Of a stretch of DNA of 64,000 bases, positions 48,567 through 58,972 are shown in pieces. The stretch comes from Polyangiaceae bacterium (GTDB lineage: Bacteria > Myxococcota_A > Polyangia > Polyangiales > Polyangiaceae): assembly GCA_965222375.1 (NCBI GenBank), contig CBDCTZ010000016.1, positions 800,001-864,000 of the forward strand, written 5' to 3'. The position numbers were made by a program, and so were the translations under genes. Below the pieces are notes generated by a model. That model was not told the origin of the DNA. It made no database searches and saw nothing but the letters and a program-made list of their open reading frames with translations. The number at the start of each line of letters is the position of its first letter. Position 1 is the first letter of the stretch.

Positions 48567-49181
48567 CTACTCGCAGAAGCCGCCCGCACAGACCCCGGAG
48601 CAACACTCCGGCGCGTCAAAACATGGGAATTCGGGTGGCAAACAAGGGGGGCCTCCACCCAGTCCGCCGAGTCCCCCCAAGCCACCGCCAAAACCAGCTA
48701 ACCCTCCGCTGCCCAGCCCTCCCGTGCCGAAGCCGCCGCTGCCGCCGGAACCGGAACTGGCGCCGGAGCCACCGGTGCCGGTGGACGGAATGCTGAAAGG
48801 CAGATTGGGGCATTCGTTGGGGCACTTGGTCGACAGGCAGCTGCCCATGCCGCTGAGACAATCCTGGCAGTCTTTGGGTGCCTGTTGAACGCACAGATCC
48901 GCGCAGAGCTGGTCGGAGCACGTACACAGGCAGTTGATCAACGGCATGCACAGTCCCGAAAACTGCGCAGACGGCCAGCCCGATCCCAAGCAAGCGCCCG
49001 TCTCACTCGGGCACGCGCTCGAGGCGCAACCTGCGCACGGCTGTACGACCCGGATCCGATTGCCGTTGCCGCAATCGTGGCTGGGCTGCGCGGCCCCGCT
49101 CCCGCCTCCGCCTGAGCTGCAGGCGCCGGCGGGCAGGCCCAAGCAAGCACCCAGGATTGCCGGAATCAGCGCCCTTCTCAT
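48567..49181 (-). CDS. Cys-rich lipoprotein
   Basis: Lipobox AGAC; Cys-rich helical domain, Gly linker, terminal C..CCSGVC..C module. Confidence 0.78.
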   Translation of the reverse strand: MRRALIPAILGACLGLPAGACSSGGGGSGAAQPSHDCGNGNRIRVVQPCAGCASSACPSETGACLGSGWPSAQFSGLCMPLINCLCTCSDQLCADLCVQQAPKDCQDCLSGMGSCLSTKCPNECPNLPFSIPSTGTGGSGASSGSGGSGGFGTGGLGSGGLAGFGGGLGGLGGLGGGPPCLPPEFPCFDAPECCSGVCAGGFCE

Positions 49182-49270
49182 GCGCCAAGCCTACGCCCAA
49201 AGGCGGTCACTATCCATTCCACGCCTTTCTGGGACTCGCGATCGGCCTCACCGCGCGCTAGCCTTTCCCC

Positions 49271-50920
49271 GTGCACATCCGCAAGATCTTGGCGAGCATC
49301 GCCGCCGCCTCCCTCGTGGCCAGCGCGGCTGTTGCTGCCGGGCCGGTGCTGCACACCTACTTCGAGCCCGATCCCGAAGAAGACCTCGCGCTGCGCGCGA
49401 CGACCGCCGGCGGCAAGATGCCAGCCGCCTTGGACACCCCGAGCGGCACGGTCAGAGCGCCGGACGTCGCCAAAGAGCCCGACCAGAGCGAACTGGCCTA
49501 CGGCGGCACATCCACGCCCAGCAGCGTTGATGCCAGCTATCGCATCGACCGGGACACGACCCGCCCAGACACGGTCAGCTACGACGACCCTTTCATACCT
49601 GCGGTGACGCCGTTCAAGCGGCTCTACGCCTACGACAGTGTCGACAACTCGATCGAACTCGTCGTGCACGACAAGAACCTGGAGCGCGTCACGATTGGCG
49701 GGCACGTGGCGAGCGGCGACGACCAGTTTTACGGAGATTTGGTGGTCGACCTGGCCGAGGACACGCCAGTCCGCATTCCCAGCGTGGGGCCCGGGGTGCG
49801 CATTCTCGCCGCGCACACCAATCCAAAGGTGAAGTTCGAAGTTTTGCGGGACGGCGCGGACAACTGGTTCATTCGCGCACCCGCACGAAAGCGTGTACGC
49901 CTCGTGCTTCAGCTCGCGATTCGCCGGGCGTCCTTTGGCAGCGACTTCGCGGATGTCGGTTGGTCAGCTCTCGCCCGCCGAGTGCCGCTGCTGCCCGCTC
50001 ATGCCGCCCAGGCCGGGTCCGAGGTGCTGACCAAGCTCGGCGTTTCGAAAGCGCTCAGCCCCCGGCAAGCACTGCTCCAACTCGTGCAACACTTCCGAGC
50101 GTTTTCGCCATCGACGACGCGACCTCAAGCCAGGGGTATCGAGCTGTACAAGGAGTTGGCGCTGGAGCAAAAAGGCGTATGCCGCCATCGAGCCTACGCG
50201 TTCGTCATCACGGCTCTCGCCCTTGGCCTACCCGCTCGCATGGCTCGCAACGAGGCTCACGCCTGGGTCGAGGTATTCGATGGGTCGATTTGGCATCGCA
50301 TCGATTTGGGCGGAGCTGCCGGGGAAATGCAGACCGAGCTCGACCCCAATCAACCGGTTCACCAACCGCCGGAGGATCCCTTCGCCTGGCCGGAGGGTTC
50401 AGAGAGCGGGCTGGACATGGCGGGTCGAGCACTGGGTGGTGGCAACAGCAGCAGCGGCAATGGAAGCAGTGCTTCGGGATCTGGACCGAGCTCGCAGGGC
50501 GTGCCTCAACCTTCGCCATCCGCGGTCGGCCCCTTCGGCCCCGATGGTGGGTTGAGCGCGGTGCCTGCTCCCTTGGGCGACGTGGACGGAGGCGCCGGGG
50601 TGACCCAAGAGGAGGAAGAGGACCCGCGCCCGGAGGCGAAGGTCGCAATGCGCACTACGACGACCCAAGCGCGCCGAGGAGAACCCATACCTGTGCGCGG
50701 TCGGATAGAGGCGGACGGCAAGGGCTGCGCCGGAGTGCGGGTCGACTTTGCGCTGCGCGCACAAGATGGCCGAACCATTCCGATTCAATCCCTAGCCGCC
50801 GGGCAAGACGGGTCCTATTCGGGTTCTGTGGTCGTGCCACCCGGAGTCGACGTTGGCGACTATGAGCTCATCGTCTCCACGCCGGGGGATCAACGCTGCG
50901 GCAAGGGTGAGGCAAAGTGA
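49271..50920 (+). CDS. secreted transglutaminase-like domain protein
   Basis: GVCRHRA (Cys), HAWVEV (His), WHRIDLG (Asp); signal peptide; Ig-like C-terminus. Confidence 0.88.
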   Translation: MHIRKILASIAAASLVASAAVAAGPVLHTYFEPDPEEDLALRATTAGGKMPAALDTPSGTVRAPDVAKEPDQSELAYGGTSTPSSVDASYRIDRDTTRPDTVSYDDPFIPAVTPFKRLYAYDSVDNSIELVVHDKNLERVTIGGHVASGDDQFYGDLVVDLAEDTPVRIPSVGPGVRILAAHTNPKVKFEVLRDGADNWFIRAPARKRVRLVLQLAIRRASFGSDFADVGWSALARRVPLLPAHAAQAGSEVLTKLGVSKALSPRQALLQLVQHFRAFSPSTTRPQARGIELYKELALEQKGVCRHRAYAFVITALALGLPARMARNEAHAWVEVFDGSIWHRIDLGGAAGEMQTELDPNQPVHQPPEDPFAWPEGSESGLDMAGRALGGGNSSSGNGSSASGSGPSSQGVPQPSPSAVGPFGPDGGLSAVPAPLGDVDGGAGVTQEEEEDPRPEAKVAMRTTTTQARRGEPIPVRGRIEADGKGCAGVRVDFALRAQDGRTIPIQSLAAGQDGSYSGSVVVPPGVDVGDYELIVSTPGDQRCGKGEAK

Positions 50921-52116
50921 GCGATCTCGTCGTTCCCTTCATCTACGCGCTTCGAGATCGACGCCTCGCCGTGGGTGCGCAGGAGGCCGTGCAGCTCTCG
51001 CGGGCCTTGTCCCTCGGCCTGCATCAGAACAGCTTGGACGGGTTCTACTACGTCGCCCGCGCGTTGTTGGTGCACCGGGAAAGCGACTTGGACAAATTCG
51101 ACGAGGCCTTTCTGTCCCATTTCAAGGGCGTGGTCGTCGAGACCACCAGTGCGCTGTCTGAACTAGAGGAGTGGCTGAAGGATCCAAAGGTCCTCGAGGG
51201 GCTCACCGATGAAGAGAAAGCCGCCATCGAGGAGCTCTGTCCCGAGGAGCTTCGGGAACTTCTCGAACAACGCTTGCGTGAGCAGACCGAACGTCATGAC
51301 GGCGGCAATCGCTGGATCGGCACGGGGGGAACGAGTCCTTTCGGAACCGGTGGCTACCATCCGAGCGGCGTCAGCATGCGCGCGGGTAGCAAAGGCCGCG
51401 GCGGCCGAAGTGCCATGGGCATGGCAGACGCTCGCCGCTACCGACCCTATCGATCGGATTTGGTCTTGGACGTGCGACAGATCCAGGTCGCTCTGAGAAA
51501 GCTGCGCAGCTTTACTCGAGAAGGCGTCGAAGACGAACTGGATATCGAGGCAACCATCGATGCGACCGCCAAGAACGCTGGCGAACTCGAAATCGTGCTG
51601 CGCCCGCCTCGCCGCTCCAACACCCGCGTGCTCTTGTTGATGGATGTCGGGGGTTCCATGGACCCTTACGCCCATACTTGCTCGCAGCTCTTCTCGGCGG
51701 CCCGGCGCGCGTCCAACTTCCGGGAGCTACGCACCCACTACTTCCACAACACCATTTACGGTCGCGTGTACGGCACCGACGCGCTGATGGAGCCCGAAGA
51801 CGTCAGCTATCTCATCGATCAACTCAACGCGCGTTGGAAGGTCGTGATTGTCGGCGATGCGGCCATGGCGCCCGGAGAACTGCTCGGCACTGGACCTTGG
51901 GGCGCCCCCGGGGCGATGAGTGGGCTGGATTGGCTGATGCTGATCGCCCAACGCTTCGAGCGTTGTGTATGGTTGAACCCCGACCCACCGAACTACTGGG
52001 GTGGTGGAACGTGCAAGGCGATCGGCGAGGTGTTCCCAATGTTCCCGCTGACCCTGGAGGGGTTGAGCGAAGCCATGGCGAGTCTTTCCAAAGCACCCGG
52101 TCGCGGCGGCCGCTAG
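50917..52116 (+). CDS. CoxE-like vWA domain protein
   Basis: HDGGNRWIGTGGTSPFG, LLMDVGGSMDPY, VGDAAMAP, WLNP; GTGA overlap. Confidence 0.9.
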   Translation: MSDLVVPFIYALRDRRLAVGAQEAVQLSRALSLGLHQNSLDGFYYVARALLVHRESDLDKFDEAFLSHFKGVVVETTSALSELEEWLKDPKVLEGLTDEEKAAIEELCPEELRELLEQRLREQTERHDGGNRWIGTGGTSPFGTGGYHPSGVSMRAGSKGRGGRSAMGMADARRYRPYRSDLVLDVRQIQVALRKLRSFTREGVEDELDIEATIDATAKNAGELEIVLRPPRRSNTRVLLLMDVGGSMDPYAHTCSQLFSAARRASNFRELRTHYFHNTIYGRVYGTDALMEPEDVSYLIDQLNARWKVVIVGDAAMAPGELLGTGPWGAPGAMSGLDWLMLIAQRFERCVWLNPDPPNYWGGGTCKAIGEVFPMFPLTLEGLSEAMASLSKAPGRGGR

Positions 52117-52142
52117 CGCGCCTCGCCCTCGCCGCCCTTGGG

Positions 52143-54020
52143 GTGGTGCTTGCTCTGCTAACCCTGTCGCGGACCGCGCAGGCACAGCCCGCCGGCTGCA
52201 GTGGCGAGTTGCAATCTTGGGTTCGACAGTGTGCCCGCAGCGAGCAGGTGGACCTGAAGTTGGATCGCTGCCCGACGGGTCAAGCCGTGGTGAAGCTCAA
52301 CGGGCAGCTGGATATCGAGATCAGCTCGCACAACGAGGACGGGTTCCTGAAGGTCGGTGAACTGACGCTCTCGCCCATAGCGGAGATCGCCGATTGGTCT
52401 CGAGAGCCCGAAGCGCGTCGGCGCGGACTGAGCGCCCTTGCGGCTTGTGTCGAACGTTCCCCACCCACACTGCCGAAGTTGGCCGTTCCACGACGGCCCG
52501 CAGCACCATGGCTGCTGATCGTGGCGGTGCTGGCTTTCCTCATGGCCGCGACAAGACCGCGCCGTGGCTGGAAGAGGCTCGCCATGTTGGTGCTGTTGGG
52601 CGTCGTTTCCTGGGGCCTAACCGTCGTGGCCCGCGGCGCCGTCATGCCCGAAGCTTTTTTTCATCAGAACGGACACGGGGCGCGCTGGGTCCAGATTGCA
52701 CTCTCGGGTGGTTCGGAATACGGGCCGGGATTCGCCGAGATCTTCGGGTGGGCTGCGCACTGGAGCTTTCCGGGCTCGGAAGCGGGCGTGTTCTTGTTGC
52801 AAGCCGTGCTTGCTGGGGCTGCGCCTCTCGCTGTGTACGCGACCTGCCGCGCTGTGGGTGCCGCATCAGTGCCGAGTGTGGCGTGGGCCTTCGCGGTCGC
52901 CGTCGAACCTGTCTTGGCGCGCATCTCCCGCAGCGAATCATACTTCTCGACGTTCACGTCCCTATCCTTCGTGGCTGTCGCGTTGCTCTGCGTGGGTTTT
53001 GCCCGGGCCAAACTCGATCGGCGCGCAGCCCTCTTCTGCATCGCCGCCGGCGTGGTGTTGGCGCAGGCGCTTCGCGTTCACCCCCTCGGCTGGGTACCGC
53101 TTTCATTCGCGCCGGCGGTGGCGCTTCTTGGACTGGGGTCCATGAAACGCCGCGTGCGTCTGACCTTCGCGGCCTACGCCATCGTGGGCAGCATCGTGCT
53201 CGTAACCAGTGGTGGCGCTCTGCTGCAGGTATTGCAGGGAGAATTGGGTCGGAGCTGGATGCCCCGCACTGGGTTTCGGAGCGACACACTGGGTTCCCCG
53301 TTGGTCATCATCAGCGCCCTCGCCGCGGCCGTGCCCCTGCTTGTGCTGCGTAACTCTCGCGGCGTCGTGTTCTTCCTACTTGGCTCCGCCCTCGCCGCCG
53401 TGGCCGCCGGCACGGACATGCTGAGCAAACCCAACCCCGCTGTGGATGCGGCGTCGGTGCGCGCTTACTTCCCCGTGGCGCTGTGCCTGGCCATGGCCGG
53501 CGTGATCCGAGTGCTGCGACCCCTGCAGCGTCGCTTGCGCCTGGGGATGCCCGCTATGGCGCGCCGTCTCTTTGCGTTGCCCGTGCTCGGCATCGGCGCC
53601 CTGACCACCGCGAGTTGGGCCCTGCGCTTCGAGCAGCTGGCCGCGCTCCCCACGGACTCCCTGGAAGCGCAGCACTTCATCGAGTGGAGGCGAGAGCTGC
53701 CTCTCGACGCCGATGTGCGCTACTTGGCGCGCGCGGGCTCACGCCTGCTCGTCCTACCCCTTTACGCTCTCGACGGGACGCCCCGGGCTCGGCCTCTCGC
53801 CGACGGAGCTGGCCTCCCACCCATCAAGAAGCGCCCCCTATTCTACTACCGCTCGAGCCTATGTTCGACGCCCGAGGGCCGCTCGCCGTGTGCGCGTCAC
53901 CAAAGCTCAGCGCGCATGCAGCTCGTGGCCGAAGCGACGCTCCCCGCACGAAGCAGCATGCGCTGGGACAGCTATCAGGGCACAACGCTGCGTGTTGCGC
54001 TGTACCGGATCTTGCCGTAG
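52143..54020 (+). CDS. polytopic membrane protein, possibly GT-C glycosyltransferase-like
   Basis: Signal peptide, Cys-containing N-terminal domain, roughly ten or more hydrophobic segments, FFHQNGHG and SESY loops; start uncertain. Confidence 0.7.
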   Translation: MVLALLTLSRTAQAQPAGCSGELQSWVRQCARSEQVDLKLDRCPTGQAVVKLNGQLDIEISSHNEDGFLKVGELTLSPIAEIADWSREPEARRRGLSALAACVERSPPTLPKLAVPRRPAAPWLLIVAVLAFLMAATRPRRGWKRLAMLVLLGVVSWGLTVVARGAVMPEAFFHQNGHGARWVQIALSGGSEYGPGFAEIFGWAAHWSFPGSEAGVFLLQAVLAGAAPLAVYATCRAVGAASVPSVAWAFAVAVEPVLARISRSESYFSTFTSLSFVAVALLCVGFARAKLDRRAALFCIAAGVVLAQALRVHPLGWVPLSFAPAVALLGLGSMKRRVRLTFAAYAIVGSIVLVTSGGALLQVLQGELGRSWMPRTGFRSDTLGSPLVIISALAAAVPLLVLRNSRGVVFFLLGSALAAVAAGTDMLSKPNPAVDAASVRAYFPVALCLAMAGVIRVLRPLQRRLRLGMPAMARRLFALPVLGIGALTTASWALRFEQLAALPTDSLEAQHFIEWRRELPLDADVRYLARAGSRLLVLPLYALDGTPRARPLADGAGLPPIKKRPLFYYRSSLCSTPEGRSPCARHQSSARMQLVAEATLPARSSMRWDSYQGTTLRVALYRILP

Positions 54021-54207
54021 CTGCGTTGCGCGCTTCGGACTGGACCGCAATCTGAACTCGAAATCCCCGGCAGGTGCACGCCGCCCCAGGGCGCGCAAAC
54101 CGGCGCCATGACCGCGGCCACCGCTTCCACGGTGTGTTGCACCTAGCCCACCCTGCCAAACGTCGCTGCGCGGTGAGCCCCGACGCGCGCCGTGTTATGG
54201 CTCGAAC

Positions 54208-56001
54208 GTGAAACGGCTGGCGCTTTTCGCTTTGGCCCAGGGGATCGAGCAGGGGCAGCCTCACCATGCTTTCGCTGCGCTCAAGGGGTTCGACCCCCTC
54301 TTGCGCTTCACGGCCCGGCGCCGCATGCGGCGCGCCCTGGAGCGCGCGCGCCTGACGACGAACCAACTGGATGACGCGCACCAGATGCGCCTGGCATTCA
54401 TTGAAATTTCGGGCGCCGCTCTGACAGCTGACTTCGACGACATCGACGCAGTGACGCGGGAACAGACCGCGCTGGCCGCGAAGGTCTCCAAGCCTCGGCG
54501 CGGCCCCTGGCTGACTCTCGGCGGCGTGCTCGCAGTGCTGCTCTCGGCGTTCTGCGTCGCTCTCGTGTGGTGGCTGACGCGTCCTTTCGATCCGACCGCC
54601 ACCGCTGGCGGGCAGGTTTTCGGCAAGGACGTGCCGGACTTCGTGGTCGGCTTGTCCCAAAATGATGCCGCAAGAGCAAACGATGCCAAAGCACGCGCCA
54701 CCAACGCCGCCGCCAAGAAGGCCCTGGGTGAGCCCGTGGTTGCCAGCCTGGCGGATCTGCTCGAGGCAACCCAGGCATTTCGAGCCGCGGGGCTACGGGA
54801 TCGAAAAGCACGCGATGCCTACGAAGCCAAAACGGCCACGCTGAACCGGGCGCTAGCCAAGGACAACAAACCGTTCTTCGTCGACGCGGACTTCGTGGGC
54901 AACGCACGCGTTGTGTCGCCCGTGCTTTTGGGTTTCTACGTCCAAGCCGAGGCCCAAGTGGAAGGTGCGGGAAGCAGTGAACGGGTGGTTCACCTATGGC
55001 GGCTGGACAAGCTGAACCTCAACCAGGGCTACTACGGCTACACGCGCCCGAGCACGCCTGCCGCCATTGTGCTGCTCGATCAAATCGAGAGCGATCTCGT
55101 ACGCGACGTCCTTCCGGCGCTACCTGAAGGCGAGCCCATGCGCTTGGTCGACGAGGAGACGGAGTTGCAGGGCGCGAAATGGGTCGCCAAGGTCAACCAG
55201 CGAGGCGCCAAGCTGGTGCGTTCCTACTTCGCAGAGGTTCCGGAGGGTCGAGACGAGGGGGTACGCAGCGTTGCTCAATTGCTGGCACGTCGCAGGGCGC
55301 TCGTGGACAAGTGGCGCAGAGAGTTGGCGGGCCTGGGCAAACTCCTGGTCGTGCCCCAGCGCCTGGTGCCCGAGGCCGACTACGCCAAAGAGCTTTCCCT
55401 CCGTGTGCCCCGGGCGGGGCTTCACGAGTGGGACGAGTTGCACGACGAACTGCTGACCAAGCCGAAGCTCGCCGCCTTCGAGCGGCTCCGGGATCACTAC
55501 GTTGCCAGCGTGGAGCGACACGAAGTGCAACATCGCCTCGACTATCGGCGCGACCTGGTGCCGGTGCCTCCCATGTTGGTGGAGCTCTTGGGCGTCGAAA
55601 ACCCGTTGGATGCTCCTTACGGCAGTCGCCCGGCGCGGGCGCGCGACGAGATGAGTTCCTTCCTGGCCAGCTTGATCGACTCGGGTCCGTCGCCGACCTT
55701 GGAGCTGGCGCTGATGGCGCGGCATGCTTTCACCAAGCACTCCCTCGGCAACGCATACTCCTACGCGGTGCTCGCGGCCTTCATGGGCATTGCCCGGGAG
55801 TTGAAGATCGACACGGACAAGTACGTTGGGCGCCGACGAATTCGCCGCGCTCAGGTTGCCAAGCTGTTCATCGCCATCACTGATCGCCCGGCTGCCAAGA
55901 TCCGCGAAGCTGCACGTCGCTTCTACAAGACGAGCTATGGCATTCACTTGCCCCGTGTGAAGACGGTCTCGTCTACGAAGAACGAAGCATGGAGGCACTA
56001 A
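54208..56001 (+). CDS. membrane-anchored hypothetical protein with HExxH motif
   Basis: Single TM; ERHEVQHRLD followed by RDEMSSFLA. Confidence 0.75.
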   Translation: MKRLALFALAQGIEQGQPHHAFAALKGFDPLLRFTARRRMRRALERARLTTNQLDDAHQMRLAFIEISGAALTADFDDIDAVTREQTALAAKVSKPRRGPWLTLGGVLAVLLSAFCVALVWWLTRPFDPTATAGGQVFGKDVPDFVVGLSQNDAARANDAKARATNAAAKKALGEPVVASLADLLEATQAFRAAGLRDRKARDAYEAKTATLNRALAKDNKPFFVDADFVGNARVVSPVLLGFYVQAEAQVEGAGSSERVVHLWRLDKLNLNQGYYGYTRPSTPAAIVLLDQIESDLVRDVLPALPEGEPMRLVDEETELQGAKWVAKVNQRGAKLVRSYFAEVPEGRDEGVRSVAQLLARRRALVDKWRRELAGLGKLLVVPQRLVPEADYAKELSLRVPRAGLHEWDELHDELLTKPKLAAFERLRDHYVASVERHEVQHRLDYRRDLVPVPPMLVELLGVENPLDAPYGSRPARARDEMSSFLASLIDSGPSPTLELALMARHAFTKHSLGNAYSYAVLAAFMGIARELKIDTDKYVGRRRIRRAQVAKLFIAITDRPAAKIREAARRFYKTSYGIHLPRVKTVSSTKNEAWRH

Positions 56002-56531
56002 GCCGTGTACACAGCCTGTTCACGCTCCTGGCTTGCATCGGGGCGTGCGTATTGGCTGCGCCGGCACATGCCGACACGCCGGTCATTGCGTCCGGGCGCG
56101 AGGCTGACGTCATGGCGTTGTTCCGCCCCTACACCCTGGGAGCCGCCGTCACACCGCAGGCCAAACTGTGGAATGTGCGGGTGGAGCCGGAACGGATCTT
56201 CGTGGAGATCGAGGGGACCGCCAAGACGTCATTTCGACTCGAGCATCCCGACCGCGCCTCTGGAACCGAGCGCAGCAAGAGCTTCGTCGTCATCCGAGAG
56301 CCGTCCGCCGCGACCGGGGCCAGCCAGAGGGCGGTGGATCTGCTCGTGGCGCGAATACGAGCAAACGACACGGGTCAGTTCTGGGACCGCACCACTCCGG
56401 ATCCCGCAGGCCGTCCGGCTGCCGCTCCGCCGCCACGTTTCAGGGGGATCTGGATCCCCGTCGTCGTCACCTTCCTCGCCGCCCTGGCGGCGTTCTGGGT
56501 GAACCGCAAAAGTCGGCGAGACGCCGCGTGA
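55989..56531 (+). CDS. secreted hypothetical protein with C-terminal TM anchor
   Basis: Signal peptide AHA-D; C-terminal hydrophobic segment then RKSRR. Confidence 0.65.
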   Translation: MEALSRVHSLFTLLACIGACVLAAPAHADTPVIASGREADVMALFRPYTLGAAVTPQAKLWNVRVEPERIFVEIEGTAKTSFRLEHPDRASGTERSKSFVVIREPSAATGASQRAVDLLVARIRANDTGQFWDRTTPDPAGRPAAAPPPRFRGIWIPVVVTFLAALAAFWVNRKSRRDAA

Positions 56532-56538
56532 TCCGCCG

Positions 56539-57699
56539 TCACTTTGCGCGCAGCATGACTTGCCCTCCGCGATTGACCCAGTAGACCGCGCGATCGTCGA
56601 CGGCGATTCCGGCGGGGTTCTTCTGACCTTCGGCGATCAATTCGGCATCGCCACCCGCTTTGGCAACGCGCTGCACGCTTCCGCGGGTGAAGTCCGTCCA
56701 GTAAACGTGTTGGCCATCCACGGCGATGCCGAAGGCACGCTCCCCGGAGGCGTAGAGCATCTGCGGCGACCCGCTCGGTAGGGCGACGCGCATGACCTGT
56801 CCGCCGTTGTAGTTGGCCCAATACAGATGCCCCGCATTGACCGCGATCGCTGTGGGGCCATCTTGGCCGCCCGCGTGCAAGACTTGGTCGCCGCCCTGTT
56901 TGCTACGAGAGCGAACCGAACCGTCGAGGGACGTCCAGTACACGCGGCTATCGTCCACAGCCACGCCGCTTGGGTTGTCCTGGTTCGGCGCGATCACAGA
57001 GAACTCGCTGCCGTTCTTGTTTGCGCGGGCGACATTCGAGCCCGAGGCGAAGTTGGCCCAGTACACATGCTGCGGGTCGATGGCGATCCCGTCCGGGCCA
57101 CCTTGGTCTTTTGCCACCACATAGGGGAAGCCGGACGTGGGTGAGGTCAGCACCATGCGCATGACAGTGCCTTGGGAGCCGCCGGCGTAGTTGGTCCAAA
57201 ACACTTCGTTGCTGGTCGCAGTGATCCAACGTGGGAACGCTTGCCCGGCTGCGAGCACGACGGGACCTTCCATCAACGTGTTCTGTGCCATCACCGTTCC
57301 TGAAGACCCCTCGTTCGTCCAATATACGGTGTTGTCGACCACTGCGATGCCTAGCGGCGAGTCCTGTCCGCTCGCGAAGGTCACGAGTTCGCACTGCCCA
57401 TCGACACACGCCGCACCGAGGCAGCCGCGAAAACATGCGCCGCAGTGCGACGGAGCCTGCTGCAGGTTCGTCTCGCAACCATCGCTTGGATCACCATTAC
57501 AGTCTGCGAAGGGTGGGTCGCATACCGCCGCGTCCGGCGGCGCGTCCGTCGCGGCATCGGGCACAGCACCGCCGTCCGGCTTGGCGTCCGGAGCAGCATC
57601 GGTGGGATTCGTCGCGAGGGGTTCGCTCAGGCCGGATCTCGATCCACAGCCGACCAGCAATAGGCACAGCGCTGTGGCGCTCCCTCGCTTCAGACTCAT
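56539..57699 (-). CDS. beta-propeller lipoprotein (YWT-type repeats) with Cys-rich module
   Basis: Lipobox LVGC; DCNGDPSDGCETNL..HCGAC; seven P.GIAVD...VYWT-type repeats. Confidence 0.85.
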   Translation of the reverse strand: MSLKRGSATALCLLLVGCGSRSGLSEPLATNPTDAAPDAKPDGGAVPDAATDAPPDAAVCDPPFADCNGDPSDGCETNLQQAPSHCGACFRGCLGAACVDGQCELVTFASGQDSPLGIAVVDNTVYWTNEGSSGTVMAQNTLMEGPVVLAAGQAFPRWITATSNEVFWTNYAGGSQGTVMRMVLTSPTSGFPYVVAKDQGGPDGIAIDPQHVYWANFASGSNVARANKNGSEFSVIAPNQDNPSGVAVDDSRVYWTSLDGSVRSRSKQGGDQVLHAGGQDGPTAIAVNAGHLYWANYNGGQVMRVALPSGSPQMLYASGERAFGIAVDGQHVYWTDFTRGSVQRVAKAGGDAELIAEGQKNPAGIAVDDRAVYWVNRGGQVMLRAK

Positions 57700-57809
57700 G
57701 CGACAAAGAGGATCCGTTCGAGCGCCGGCGACGTCAATATCACCAGGGCGCCGCCACGATCCGCGGTCGCGAGTTTGCGAGGCACCCGGCGTCGAGCTAG
57801 AAGCCCCGA

Positions 57810-58880
57810 GTGAGTCGCGCACGCAGTCGCTATCTGACGAGCCTGGTCGCCGCGCTGATCGCGCACGGTGGTCTTGCTGCGGTTGCTGCATTGACCTGGA
57901 CGGCGCCGACATACTTTCAGCGAAGCCTGCGCACTCTGCCCGCTGATCGCGTCGAAGTGACGCTGCGGTTCGACGAGCCGCCTGCGCTCCGGCCGCCGAT
58001 CAGGCAGCGCCATCCAAGTGTGGCGCTCCCCCCGCAGTCACCGCTCACGAAGCTGAGCGCGAGCGCCAGGGTGCGACCGACTCCAGGTAGCGCGTTGGAC
58101 GCGCCTGCCTTTCCAAGTGAACCCCCGCAGCCGCACCCCCGTTCCCCTGCGCGCCTCGCGCCGCCCGCGCCAACCCTCAGCCTGTCCCAACTCGGGATCG
58201 GACCCGGCGTGAACCCGGCACTGACGAAAACACCGCGCATCCAGTCCCACCGGCGCCAGCGCATCGCGGAATCCAACGCACGCCTTTCCGCGTCTCTTGC
58301 TGCGGGAGCCGCAGACCGCGATTTGGCTCTGGGTTTGGGCGCGCATGGTGCAGTCCTCTCGTCCCTGGAACGCACCACCTTGTCAGGCAATACGCCGGCG
58401 ACAGGGAGTGCGTTGTTTGTCGTGCAGGTGAACTCCAAAGGCAAGCTCGCCTTCGTCGACGTGATCGAAGCCGCGGGGTCCTTCGCCGGCTGGACCGAGG
58501 TCGCGAAGCGCACCCAAGCAGCCCTTGCGAAGCGGCGGTTGCGTATGCCAGCAGGTGCCCGGGGCGTGGAGTATCGGATCCGAGTTCGATCCAAAGTGCA
58601 AATGCCCAGTGGTCGGGATCCAGGTTTGGAAGTGCGCGCCCTCGGCATCCCGCTCAAGCGCGGTGAGGGAAAGAACTCGACCCGCATCGACATTCTGACG
58701 CCCAAGCTGAAGGCGGAAATGATCAAGGTTCCCAATCCCGGTAATCCAAAGGAGACCATCGAGCTGCCTAGCGTCGGTCTGAGCATCGGGCTGTTTGGCC
58801 TGAGCGGCGACCCCGCCGATATCGGCGCCGAGCGAAAGCGCATGGTCTCGGCCGTCGTCGAATCCCAGCGTCTGCTGTGA
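57810..58880 (+). CDS. TonB-like hypothetical protein (TM, Pro-rich linker, C-terminal domain)
   Basis: SLVAALIAH anchor, Pro-rich region, GSALFVVQVNSKG segment. Confidence 0.6.
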   Translation: MSRARSRYLTSLVAALIAHGGLAAVAALTWTAPTYFQRSLRTLPADRVEVTLRFDEPPALRPPIRQRHPSVALPPQSPLTKLSASARVRPTPGSALDAPAFPSEPPQPHPRSPARLAPPAPTLSLSQLGIGPGVNPALTKTPRIQSHRRQRIAESNARLSASLAAGAADRDLALGLGAHGAVLSSLERTTLSGNTPATGSALFVVQVNSKGKLAFVDVIEAAGSFAGWTEVAKRTQAALAKRRLRMPAGARGVEYRIRVRSKVQMPSGRDPGLEVRALGIPLKRGEGKNSTRIDILTPKLKAEMIKVPNPGNPKETIELPSVGLSIGLFGLSGDPADIGAERKRMVSAVVESQRLL

Positions 58881-58972
58881 CGCTGCGGAAGGTTTTGCCC
58901 AGAACTCCCGCGTTGGAGCGTGCCCTGGGCTCGCCACCGGCGCCTGCCACCTTTTCGGTGTACAGTGTGCAC

